A stretch of DNA of 64,000 nucleotides from Bacilli bacterium (GTDB lineage Bacteria > Bacillota_I > Bacilli_A > RFN20 > CAG-826), in NCBI GenBank assembly GCA_024399115.1, contig JAKSHZ010000001.1:23801-87800 (forward strand), given 5' to 3'. Made by a program: the position numbers and the translations under genes. The notes below the pieces were generated by a model, which saw only the letters and a program-made list of their open reading frames with translations, made no database searches and was not told the DNA's origin. Below, one piece after another: positions 18,120 to 26,361 of the stretch; positions within the stretch are counted from its first letter, which is position 1, and each line of letters opens with the position of its first letter.

Positions 18120-18451
18120 TTGACACCACCCTTATCGATTGCTTTATCAAGTAAACTGTCCAAATCAAGAAGAACTTTACATCGTTCTCCTTCACAAAAA
18201 CCTTCTGTAAACATTAAACACTTACCTCTTGTTTCAGGTTCACAAGATGAACATTCCACAAAACGTGTTTCGTAATATGCCCAACGTTTTCTACCTTCGA
18301 TAAGTTCTTTATGTTCGGCAGCGTGAATTGTCTGTAATTTTTGATAATCGAGTTGAAGCTGTTCTAATTGCTGTTTATATTTTTCTGCTTCATCACGAGC
18401 CTTATCCCTGTCCGAAAGTGCTCTTACTAAAGACTCCATACTTATCTCCAT
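18116..18451 (-). CDS. hypothetical protein
   Basis: Coiled coil followed by a Cys cluster. Confidence 0.55.
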   Translation of the reverse strand: MEISMESLVRALSDRDKARDEAEKYKQQLEQLQLDYQKLQTIHAAEHKELIEGRKRWAYYETRFVECSSCEPETRGKCLMFTEGFCEGERCKVLLDLDSLLDKAIDKGGVK

Positions 18452-18663
18452 TCATCCATGGATGTCGGATACACAACATCTGGAACTTCAATTTTAATAA
18501 AGCGGCCACAAATACAAGGACCCGGTTTATTCTGATTCTTAAAATAATCACACATACATTTAGTAGGCTGAATAATACAACAACATTTACCATCATTATC
18601 CTTAATGGCATTAGTTATTTTTTGATATTGCTCACGATTTGGATTTGCAATGATTTTTAACAT
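18442..18663 (-). CDS. ferredoxin-thioredoxin reductase beta-like small Cys protein
   Basis: DGKCCC...KCMC...GPCICGRFIK pattern. Confidence 0.6.
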   Translation of the reverse strand: MLKIIANPNREQYQKITNAIKDNDGKCCCIIQPTKCMCDYFKNQNKPGPCICGRFIKIEVPDVVYPTSMDEWR

Positions 18664-18677
18664 ATGTTTTCCTCAAT

Positions 18678-19394
18678 TCATTTATTTTCAACTTCATCTA
18701 TGAAAATTAAATCTTGAGCATAAGGCAAACTTCTTGCCCAAGTGATAAATGCTTCACTCCATTCAGTAAGTTTGTGGAATCTTCTCTGACCTTTGGAACA
18801 CATATTCAAAAGATTTTCGTAGTTCATTGTTACTGTACGTTTCTGTAACCAAGATTCTGGAAGAAGTCTGATGAGTTCTTTCCAATATCTTTTATCTTTT
18901 GTTTCGTTGTACTTCTGTCTTAAATTTTCCAAATCTCTTATAAGACAATCCCAATAAGTATAAACTCTTAAACCTAACCCAATTTCAATATTTTTAAAAT
19001 CATCCATCTCAAAACAATCCATTGTGATAGGTGTACTTGCTAACTTGTGCATTGTGCTGGTACTATTTGCAACTGTACCAACCTTGTAAGTTGAAAATTC
19101 CTTCCACCAATACAAGGGTGCAGTAATAGTTACTTCAACTTGAATCTGTCTAAGAAATTTACGATGTTCAGAACCAGCACAAATCAAAGTTTGTGCAAGT
19201 TTCATATCATTTTCTCCAATCTTTGCATATTCGTAAATATCATTATTTTTATGCAAAATAAACATTCCATCTTCAAGTCCTTCTTCACCACAGAATCCAA
19301 ACTCACTATCAATTTTATTCCAACTGTTTTTGGCATTTCTCATTCCAAAAAGTGCATTTTCAAAACCACAAACTCTTGTTCTTTCAAACTTCAT
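18678..19394 (-). CDS. ThyX-like (flavin-dependent thymidylate synthase-related) protein
   Basis: HRKFLRQI...APLYWWKEF.TYK...NSTSTMHK...LLPES..QKRT motifs; near the dCMP deaminase. Confidence 0.7.
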   Translation of the reverse strand: MKFERTRVCGFENALFGMRNAKNSWNKIDSEFGFCGEEGLEDGMFILHKNNDIYEYAKIGENDMKLAQTLICAGSEHRKFLRQIQVEVTITAPLYWWKEFSTYKVGTVANSTSTMHKLASTPITMDCFEMDDFKNIEIGLGLRVYTYWDCLIRDLENLRQKYNETKDKRYWKELIRLLPESWLQKRTVTMNYENLLNMCSKGQRRFHKLTEWSEAFITWARSLPYAQDLIFIDEVENK

Positions 19395-19424
19395 CTTTAT
19401 ATTTCTCCTTGATAAAAGTTTTCC

Positions 19425-19490
19425 AAAAAAAAAGGTGTCAGACTTAACCTATCTGACGTGAGGTTTCCCAAGGTATTCTGGAGGTATTAA
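19425..19490 (-). ncRNA. candidate pseudoknot RNA element (second copy of the type at 3661)
   Basis: Minus strand: TACCTCCA...ACCT-CAC-GTCAG-AT-AGGT-TAAGT-CTGAC, then a U-tract. Confidence 0.45.
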
Positions 19491-19509
19491 TGAACAAAAG
19501 ACCGAGGGA

Positions 19510-19683
19510 CTACTCGGTTTCTGAATCCACAGTTACAGTGTCAATTATAAAATCTTCATTGCATAATTGCACATCTTTATCAAAAAGTGATTTTGCCAAT
19601 TGTTCAGCTTCTTTTTTATTATTAGCATCAACATAGTATTCCTTTGTGAATACTCCTTCTAATGTAACTTCAAACTTAGCCAT
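19510..19683 (-). CDS. small hypothetical protein (57 aa, not in the ORF track)
   Basis: MAKFEVTLEGVFTKEYYVDANNKKEAEQLAK...; typical small phage protein. Confidence 0.55.
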   Translation of the reverse strand: MAKFEVTLEGVFTKEYYVDANNKKEAEQLAKSLFDKDVQLCNEDFIIDTVTVDSETE

Positions 19684-19689
19684 ACTTAT

Positions 19690-19850
19690 CTGCTACTTAA
19701 AATATGGACAAATATCCATATCAAGAAAATTACTGTTTCACCCTGTATGTTTTTGAAAACTAGAGTTTTCTACTCACAAGTTCTTGTACAGTCCACAGTC
19801 GTAAATTCCCGACTAACCATCGGTACATAGTCTATATGACTTGTTTATGC
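19690..19850 (-). ncRNA. TnpB omega-RNA (reRNA) scaffold
   Basis: Structured non-coding stretch 3' of tnpB (TATGTACCGATGGTTAGTCGGGAATTTACGACTGTGGAC...) running to the element end. Confidence 0.7.
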
Positions 19851-21020
19851 CAGTTTATAGACTTCTAAATCTCTCAAATTAAGACTTGCATTAAAATCCC
19901 TGTCATTTTCATATCCACAATCACATTTGTACCAGCGGTCTTTAAGTCTTAAGTCTGACTTAATAGCACCACATTTATGGCACATCTTTGATGATGGAAA
20001 GAATCTTCCAGCAACTCTAACTTCAATCCCAAGTTGATTGCATTTAGCAGTAAGTTTTTCTCTGAATGTATAGAAATTCTGCTCTGCAACTGCTTTTGAA
20101 AGATGTCGGTTCTTCATCATTCCTTTTACATTCAAATCTTCGATTGTTACAAACTGTGGCTTGGTTTTCACCACTTCTGCAACACAATGATTTATATAAT
20201 TGGAGTGGATATTATTTATCCTCTGATGAAGTTTCTGTACTTCAAGTAAGTTTTTCTGGATATTCTGTCTAGTAGCTTCTCCATTTTTATTGCGTTCTTT
20301 TAATGCTTCGTATTTTCTCGAAAGCGAACGCTGTTTTCTTTTAAGCTGTTTATTCAGTTTTCTCACAACGTGAGTTTTATTGATATTCTTAAAAACTCTG
20401 CCGTCACTAAGAACTGCAAAGTCTTTAAGACCCAAGTCAATTCCAATGCCTTCACCTGTCTGTTTTACTTTCTGAAAATCAGACTGTTCAACTAGAACTG
20501 AAACATAATATCTACCAGCTTTTACCGATACAGTTCCACTTTTAATAATGTATATATCAGAATTGGTTGGTATATACCCTTTCTCTTTTAACTGAACCCA
20601 TCCAAGTGTAGGTATCTTAATCCGATGTCTTTCACAAGGAATGATTGCTTTTGAATCTGTCTTTACGAAATACATCTTTACATCAGATTTTCCTTTCTTC
20701 TTGAATTTTGGAAACTTTGCCTGTTTTTTAAAGAATTTCTTGAAAGCACTTTCTGCATCCATAATTGACTTCTTTGCAGATTTAGAACTCACTTCCTTAA
20801 TCCATGAATAGTCAGAATTAGAAGGAATGAAATCATTATTAAGCCACTTTGAGAAATCCATACCGCTTACAAACTTCTTTTCTTTTTCATAAACTTCTTT
20901 GTTATGAGCAATATAGAAGTTGTAAATAAACCTGCAGATTCCGATTGTTTTATGAATCAAAACTTTCTGTTCTTCAGTAGGATTAATTTCTGTCTTGTAT
21001 GCTCTTAGCAATTTCTTCAT
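19845..21020 (-). CDS. tnpB: TnpB RNA-guided endonuclease
   Basis: N-terminal RAYKTEINPT HTH, RuvC GIDLG / IEDL / DRDFNA, zinc finger CHKCG...CDCG. Confidence 0.95.
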   Translation of the reverse strand: MKKLLRAYKTEINPTEEQKVLIHKTIGICRFIYNFYIAHNKEVYEKEKKFVSGMDFSKWLNNDFIPSNSDYSWIKEVSSKSAKKSIMDAESAFKKFFKKQAKFPKFKKKGKSDVKMYFVKTDSKAIIPCERHRIKIPTLGWVQLKEKGYIPTNSDIYIIKSGTVSVKAGRYYVSVLVEQSDFQKVKQTGEGIGIDLGLKDFAVLSDGRVFKNINKTHVVRKLNKQLKRKQRSLSRKYEALKERNKNGEATRQNIQKNLLEVQKLHQRINNIHSNYINHCVAEVVKTKPQFVTIEDLNVKGMMKNRHLSKAVAEQNFYTFREKLTAKCNQLGIEVRVAGRFFPSSKMCHKCGAIKSDLRLKDRWYKCDCGYENDRDFNASLNLRDLEVYKLA

Positions 21021-21092
21021 CCTCCTACTACCGCTATTAAACTACATAAACATTCAAGATGTTTAAAAACTCCACAAACATTCCACAAAATG

Positions 21093-21302
21093 TCAAAAGA
21101 GTTCGTTCTGACCTGACATTTCTTCCTCAAACATCTTCTTGTTTCGTTCGGAAATAGTTCGGTCAACCATCTTTTCCAATTCCAGTCGATGTTTATCTTC
21201 TGGACCCGGAGTTATGTAAGAATGCTTGCTAAACCACTTCTTCTGTAAGTCTCGCATTTCTTTCACAACACGAATGAACTGATCAATTGTTGTTATCGCC
21301 AT
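21093..21302 (-). CDS. small hypothetical protein, leaderless
   Basis: TTGAAT-18-TATAAT-6 nt-ATG; VKEMRDLQKKWF motif. Confidence 0.65.
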   Translation of the reverse strand: MAITTIDQFIRVVKEMRDLQKKWFSKHSYITPGPEDKHRLELEKMVDRTISERNKKMFEEEMSGQNELF

Positions 21303-21308
21303 AAGTTA

Positions 21309-21437
21309 ATTATACATCCGATAAATTCGGTGATTCAAGATATAATTGCAAAATACTTTATATTTTAATTTCTTTTTAAGTTATTTTTTATTTTTAACTA
21401 CTTGTTTTTTGGAATTTATCGGATGTAAAATATTGGT
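21309..21437. promoter_or_regulatory. divergent leaderless promoters sharing GAATTTATCGGATGTA
   Basis: Identical 16-mer in inverted orientation at about 21312-21327 and 21412-21427. Confidence 0.7.
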
Positions 21438-21881
21438 ATGAAATAATACGCAAAATTAGGATTTGTTAAAAGTAAATCTTCGACAACTTCTTACATTTTG
21501 GCATCTAAGGTGGGAGAAGTTAAAGGTCTGAAACTGGGTGTTTATAAAGACACTGCTGCAAATCAGGCTAAGGGTGTGGTTGGTTCTGAATACATTCGTT
21601 TCTCTGTCCCAAGAGAACCAAGTATCAGAAAATACTTCGCACATACATTCGAAAATGCTGACGGAGATGTTCTTACCAGTACAGAAGCTCTTGATGATAA
21701 CAACAGAACATTTGGTGATACAAAACGTATCGGTTCCAAAGATTTAATTCTTATCGAGTTTTCTGCTGATATGGAAACATTAATGATGTACTTCATTAAG
21801 AATAAAGGCACTGACAGATGGACAAAGCAGAACGCTTTTAGAGACTGGGTAAACGGAGAGCAGTTGATTGCAGAACGTTAA
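21438..21881 (+). pseudogene. hypothetical gene with a nonsense codon at position 3
   Basis: Promoter-aligned ATG AAA TAA, then an open frame to 21881. Confidence 0.55.
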
Positions 21882-21906
21882 CTACGAACTAGTTTTAAGC
21901 GAGTAT
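21878..21906 (+). promoter_or_regulatory. putative late promoter (TTAACTACGA-N13-GAGTAT)
   Basis: Exact 10-mer copy; no ORF downstream. Confidence 0.55.
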
Positions 21907-21913
21907 TAACACA

Positions 21914-22043
21914 GACTTCGTATGAAGCTTTGACAATTGAAGAAATCCCACATCCTTCTTGAGTTGTTAAAAACTCTTTAATCCCTAAGAGTAAATCACG
22001 ATGTGGACCAGAAATAGTGTGATTTATTTTTAGGGATTTTTTA
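21914..22043 (+). ncRNA. candidate late small RNA with a loop-loop pseudoknot
   Basis: Four hairpins; 20-bp stem with G-U pairs; loop CCACATC complementary to loop GATGTGG; U-tract end. Confidence 0.55.
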
Positions 22044-22073
22044 TTTCTCTTCGGGAGGGGAAGTATAAAAAGT

Positions 22074-22346
22074 TTACTTATATTGCTGCAATATATTATC
22101 TATTGTTTCAATAAGTTCTTTTGTTTTATCTCGTTCAATACCCGTTACGAGATATTCGACAGTAGTTCCAAGTTCTTGAGCAAGTAAAAATACTTCATCA
22201 GCCCTTGGGAGATTACCATATCGCTTACAACTTTTGTAAGCATCCAAATTGATATCTAACTTTTTAAGAGTATCTACTAAAGTTAGATTCTTTTGCTTAA
22301 GTAATTCTTTCACTCTTTCATAAAAACTTAAATATTGTTCATTCAT
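22074..22346 (-). CDS. CI-like XRE-family repressor
   Basis: HTH ending LPRADEVFLLAQELGTTVEYLVTG; divergent from the lytic operon; likely leaderless start at 22346. Confidence 0.85.
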   Translation of the reverse strand: MNEQYLSFYERVKELLKQKNLTLVDTLKKLDINLDAYKSCKRYGNLPRADEVFLLAQELGTTVEYLVTGIERDKTKELIETIDNILQQYK

Positions 22347-22366
22347 ATTTATATTATCGGAATAAA

Positions 22367-22458
22367 AAGAGTTATTTAACACTATTTTTTTATAAAAATT
22401 TTATTGACAAGAGTTTTATAACCCTGTATATTATATTTATAAGAGTTATATAACTCTT
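22367..22458. promoter_or_regulatory. three repressor operators overlapping a rightward sigma70 promoter
   Basis: Perfect palindrome AAGAGTTATATAACTCTT (22441-22458), variants at 22367 and 22409; TTGACA 22404 with 17-nt spacer to TATATT. Confidence 0.85.
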
Positions 22459-22484
22459 TGTATTAAAGAGAAAGGAGTTGGTAT

Positions 22485-23177
22485 ATGAAAACAAACGTTA
22501 TTATGGAATCCGTAAAAGACAGAGAGTTATTCGGAGTTATTATTCATCAAAATACAAAAGACTCTATGTTATCTCTTACAGATTTGCAAGAAGCCTACAC
22601 TCATGCACGAGTACTTAATGGTTGGAAAACAAAAGGAGAAATTCAGCACATTATTAATGGACAGGAAAATGCTGAACGAATCTATTATGTCCTCTTTGAG
22701 CAAAAATTAATAAATTGTGAATATTCTCAATTTATGGATATGGTTAAGAAAAATGGAATGGTCAAAGTATTAAAAGAGTTTGGAGTATATCGAACAACAG
22801 GTAGAGGCGAAAACAAAAAATCTGTATGCAATCCTTATATCTGGGTATTAGTTGCAATGGAATTAAATCCAATGATGTATGCAAAAGTTGTAACTTGGCT
22901 TACAGATACTCTCATCTTAAATCGTATTGAAGCAGGCAATTTCTATAAAGAATTATCATCTGCCTTATACAAACTTCCAGAAAAAATAGATTATCCAAAA
23001 CTTGCAGAAACCTTAAATATCAAGGTTTTTGGAAAACATGAATTAGGAATTAGAAATAAAGGTAGTAAAGAAGAACTTGAAAAACTTTATATTCTCGAAG
23101 CAAATATTGCTTTTGCGATTAATAAAGGCTACTTGAAAACTCAAAATGATGTAATCAAAGCAATATCAGAATACTAA
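22485..23177 (+). CDS. KilA-N domain protein (antirepressor-like)
   Basis: MKTNVIM...IHQNTKDSMLSLTDL...NPYIWVLVAMELNP pattern. Confidence 0.75.
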   Translation: MKTNVIMESVKDRELFGVIIHQNTKDSMLSLTDLQEAYTHARVLNGWKTKGEIQHIINGQENAERIYYVLFEQKLINCEYSQFMDMVKKNGMVKVLKEFGVYRTTGRGENKKSVCNPYIWVLVAMELNPMMYAKVVTWLTDTLILNRIEAGNFYKELSSALYKLPEKIDYPKLAETLNIKVFGKHELGIRNKGSKEELEKLYILEANIAFAINKGYLKTQNDVIKAISEY

Positions 23178-23342
23178 CGGAGATGTAAGTGACAAACAAA
23201 GATTTATTTATCTTAAACGCATCTTCTGACTTTGAGAAAGTCGAAGAGTACCTTAGGAAAGGATACACAGAAACTTCTGAGTGGAAAGAACGGTTAGAAG
23301 CCTTATCTGCTTCTTTGAATGTATTGTTAATGGAGATGGAGA

Positions 23343-23624
23343 ATGAACGCATACGTTAAGTTCAAATTAGATTACTCATTAGAGATTGATGGAATCTTCT
23401 ACGATATCAAAGCATCTGGTACATACGATGTTGAAGCGGCTTATTACGAAGGTAATATCGAAATCGATGACTATGGTGATGTAGATCTCGATGAAATTGA
23501 AATTGAATACGAAGGACCTGATGGTATTACAACAGTAGAACATGACTGTTCTATCTATCAGAGAATCTGTGAAGATGCTGAAAGCAAAGCCATAAATTAT
23601 GAAGGCGATGTTCAATGGAGGTGA
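23343..23624 (+). CDS. acidic hypothetical protein
   Basis: 93-aa highly acidic ORF. Confidence 0.6.
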   Translation: MNAYVKFKLDYSLEIDGIFYDIKASGTYDVEAAYYEGNIEIDDYGDVDLDEIEIEYEGPDGITTVEHDCSIYQRICEDAESKAINYEGDVQWR

Positions 23625-23923
23625 TGATGAGCAAGTTTACAATTAATTTTGGAGAGATGGAATACAGTCAGATGATTAATGACGTTGATTATTTGGCGTA
23701 TACATCAGGTGGATGCATTAATGGTGAAGCAGACCTTATTGGAGATGAACTTAAAAATGTCCAGTCTGTAGAACTTATTACTGACATCAACTTCTCACAA
23801 TATGATGAAACAGTTGAAGCGTATGTACCTTGTGAATTTGTAAATGAACTTTATCAGAAGTTCTGTAACTACATCTTATCAGAATGTACAAAGAATAAAT
23901 CTAAAGTAAGGGTGATAGCATAA
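23615..23923 (+). CDS. hypothetical protein
   Basis: ORF coupled to the replication gene; start may be a few codons later. Confidence 0.55.
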   Translation: MEVMMSKFTINFGEMEYSQMINDVDYLAYTSGGCINGEADLIGDELKNVQSVELITDINFSQYDETVEAYVPCEFVNELYQKFCNYILSECTKNKSKVRVIA

Positions 23924-24831
23924 TGGCAGAAACAACATTTATTCGTACTAAAAAAGATAGAGATTTTACTCTTTTAGATAACACTTTTTTAAGAGACCCA
24001 AATCTTTCTGCGGCAGCCAAAGGTGTATTTGCATACTTACTCTATTTACCAGAAGACTGGGTAATCTATCAGTCTGAATTAAAAAACCATTTCTCTAACG
24101 GAAGAGATTCTTTAAGAGCAATCATTTCAGAATTAGAAAGATTTGGATATATCATTAAAGAAAAAAATAGAACTGAAACAGGAAAGTTTAGTGGTTATAA
24201 ATATCAAATTGTAGAAAAGCCTGAACCATGTAGTATTAGCCGTGACGGGTTTTCCGCAGCGGCTAAACCGAAATCGGAAAATCCGACACTACTAAATACT
24301 AATAATAACCAAATACTAAATAAACTAAATACTAATACTACTAATACCCCTTCTCCATCTGAAATTGAATTACAGAAAAAACTGGATGAAGCAAACAAAA
24401 AGATTGAGGAACAAGAACAGACCCTATCTAAGCTCAATAAGAAAACCAAGAAGTCTGATACAACTACTCTTTGTGAACCTGACTTCTACACTTCTTTGCT
24501 TAATGCTTACAAAAAAGTTTTCTTCTCAGTAAGAAAATCTGGTGTTCCTTGTACCAAAGATTACAAGAAGTATGTTGATAAAGCATTACTTCGACTCAGA
24601 GAATTGGGTCTCTCTGATAATGAAGCACACGACAGAATGCTTGAAGCAATTAATAATGCTCCAACATTAGATTATTGGGTAAACGAAGCAAAATGTGCAT
24701 TCGCTTACATCGTTTCAGATTATGGTTTAAGTAAACTATGTGGCTCTTCACAGAACTTGAAAAAAGGCGGCGGTAGTGTCGTGGCACAGAAAGGGAATGG
24801 AGAGTTTGATGAATTAGGCATACCGTTTTAA
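23923..24831 (+). CDS. phage replication initiator (wHTH)
   Basis: FTLLDN.FLRD.NLS.AAKG..AYLL.LPEDW...ELERFGYI; upstream of loader and helicase. Confidence 0.85.
   Translation: MAETTFIRTKKDRDFTLLDNTFLRDPNLSAAAKGVFAYLLYLPEDWVIYQSELKNHFSNGRDSLRAIISELERFGYIIKEKNRTETGKFSGYKYQIVEKPEPCSISRDGFSAAAKPKSENPTLLNTNNNQILNKLNTNTTNTPSPSEIELQKKLDEANKKIEEQEQTLSKLNKKTKKSDTTTLCEPDFYTSLLNAYKKVFFSVRKSGVPCTKDYKKYVDKALLRLRELGLSDNEAHDRMLEAINNAPTLDYWVNEAKCAFAYIVSDYGLSKLCGSSQNLKKGGGSVVAQKGNGEFDELGIPF
24288..24347 (+). repeat. A/T-rich ACTAAATACT-type repeats inside the initiator gene (possible origin)
   Basis: Several copies of (A)CTAAATACTAA in the linker-coding region. Confidence 0.45.
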
Positions 24832-24843
24832 TTAGGGAGGAAG

Positions 24844-25254
24844 GTGGTTATGTTTGATAAGTATGTGAAAATTGATGACCGTATCTACTACGAGTCACAG
24901 ATGGAATTGATGAGTGAAAAACAGTTATATGCACTCATTGATGAATGTAAAAACGGAATCAAAGAAATCGAGATCCGTAAAAATGACTACAAGGTTAAGA
25001 ACTATGATGTTAATAACCTTGAACATTACAATAAGGTTTTGCAGAAGTTTGATTCAGCATCGGTTTACTTACAGTCTGATATCGTTTTGATTAACAAAAT
25101 TATCAAAGCAAAAAGAACTGCACAACTTGGTAATAACGAGGACTGGTACAAGACATTCATCAGAAATACAAAGTCTTGTATCACAAAACGTAAGTTTGAC
25201 AAAATTGTCAAAGAAACTGATGCAAGTATGGGATTTAAGTTGAATTATGAGTGA
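24844..25254 (+). CDS. hypothetical protein
   Basis: ORF with GGGAGG RBS. Confidence 0.6.
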   Translation: MVMFDKYVKIDDRIYYESQMELMSEKQLYALIDECKNGIKEIEIRKNDYKVKNYDVNNLEHYNKVLQKFDSASVYLQSDIVLINKIIKAKRTAQLGNNEDWYKTFIRNTKSCITKRKFDKIVKETDASMGFKLNYE

Positions 25255-25912
25255 GATTAATTTTTTTAATATGGACCTTGTGACAGAAAGTGATATCAGA
25301 ATTGATGATACACAGATTCTGAAAGATGCAAATGAAACTTCCAAGATCCCTCCAAGATTTTGGAATGCGAAGTTCAGTGATTTTGCTGATATCGTGACAA
25401 AAGATAATCAGGGTAATGTCGCTTACAACGTGACTGCTGATGTTAAAGAGTTTGCTTTGTCTAAGAGTTCCGGCAAGGTACTTGGTCTTTTCGGACCTAA
25501 CGGTGTCGGAAAAACTTATACAGCTTGTGCTGCAAGTCACGAAAGAGCCGTTGAAGGAAAGCATCCGGGGTTATATCTTCTTTGTAAACTTCTTCAGCCT
25601 ATGATTATGACATCACGTTCTTTCAAGGCAACCGAATCAGAAATGGACTTGTATGAGAAATATTCAAAGACTCCATTTCTTATTATTGATGAAGTTGGGA
25701 AATGTACAGACCCGGAGATGGAATGGAATTTTTTAACAACATTGTTTGCACTTAGATATGACAATAACCTTGATACAATCTTCACTACAAATATGGATGT
25801 GCAGATGTTTAAGGATTTCATCTTGAATACAAACAATAAAGGACAGGATGTTTATGACAGATTACATTCTTCACTTATTACGAGAGTTGTTAGAGGAGAA
25901 TCACACCGTTGA
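25247..25912 (+). CDS. DnaC/IstB-like AAA+ helicase loader
   Basis: Walker A GPNGVGKT, Walker B LIIDEVG, TIFTTN, DRL...GESHR. Confidence 0.88.
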   Translation: MSEINFFNMDLVTESDIRIDDTQILKDANETSKIPPRFWNAKFSDFADIVTKDNQGNVAYNVTADVKEFALSKSSGKVLGLFGPNGVGKTYTACAASHERAVEGKHPGLYLLCKLLQPMIMTSRSFKATESEMDLYEKYSKTPFLIIDEVGKCTDPEMEWNFLTTLFALRYDNNLDTIFTTNMDVQMFKDFILNTNNKGQDVYDRLHSSLITRVVRGESHR

Positions 25913-26361
25913 GTATAGACCTTACTGAACTTGAAGCATTCTGTGAAACACATACTTGTACAGAAATAATTAACAAGTATGGCAGACAAGGTTATATCTT
26001 GTGCTTGAATAATAACTTTGAGCACAAAGATAGCAGAGTTAAAATCACAGATGAATGGCTTGATGAATTAAGAGAGTTCTGTAAAACACATTACAGACAG
26101 GAAGTGTTAAATAAATACGGTAACAAGATTTGGTATTACTTGAAAAAATATAATATCAGAACTTGTAAGAAACCGTATAAAATTACGAAGATTCGGAATG
26201 ACGAGTTTTCAGATGAAGATGTTTTAGATATCTGCATCGTAAGTGGATATCAGAATGGGTTAACAATTATGCAGTTGGCAAAAGCCTTTCAGGTTTCACC
26301 AAATCACATTAATTACTTGATCCATCGTTGTAAAAAAATTGAGGAGTACTTATATGCCTAA
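25909..26361 (+). CDS. HTH-containing hypothetical protein
   Basis: Repeated EL..FC.TH motif and C-terminal HTH (TIMQLAKAFQVS). Confidence 0.55.
   Translation: MSIDLTELEAFCETHTCTEIINKYGRQGYILCLNNNFEHKDSRVKITDEWLDELREFCKTHYRQEVLNKYGNKIWYYLKKYNIRTCKKPYKITKIRNDEFSDEDVLDICIVSGYQNGLTIMQLAKAFQVSPNHINYLIHRCKKIEEYLYA

Larger units (their letters stand above)
19690..21107 (-). mobile_element. non-autonomous IS607-type element (tnpB only)
   Basis: Right end ...ATTTTAAGTAGCAG; left end with TTTGTGGA direct repeats; CAG at both presumed junctions; no serine-recombinase TnpA; left boundary uncertain. Confidence 0.65.

Noticed and set aside
21394-21403. TTAACTACTT as a seventh late promoter
   Set aside because: Two mismatches and no nAnnnT at the 13-nt spacing; it overlaps an early promoter's -35
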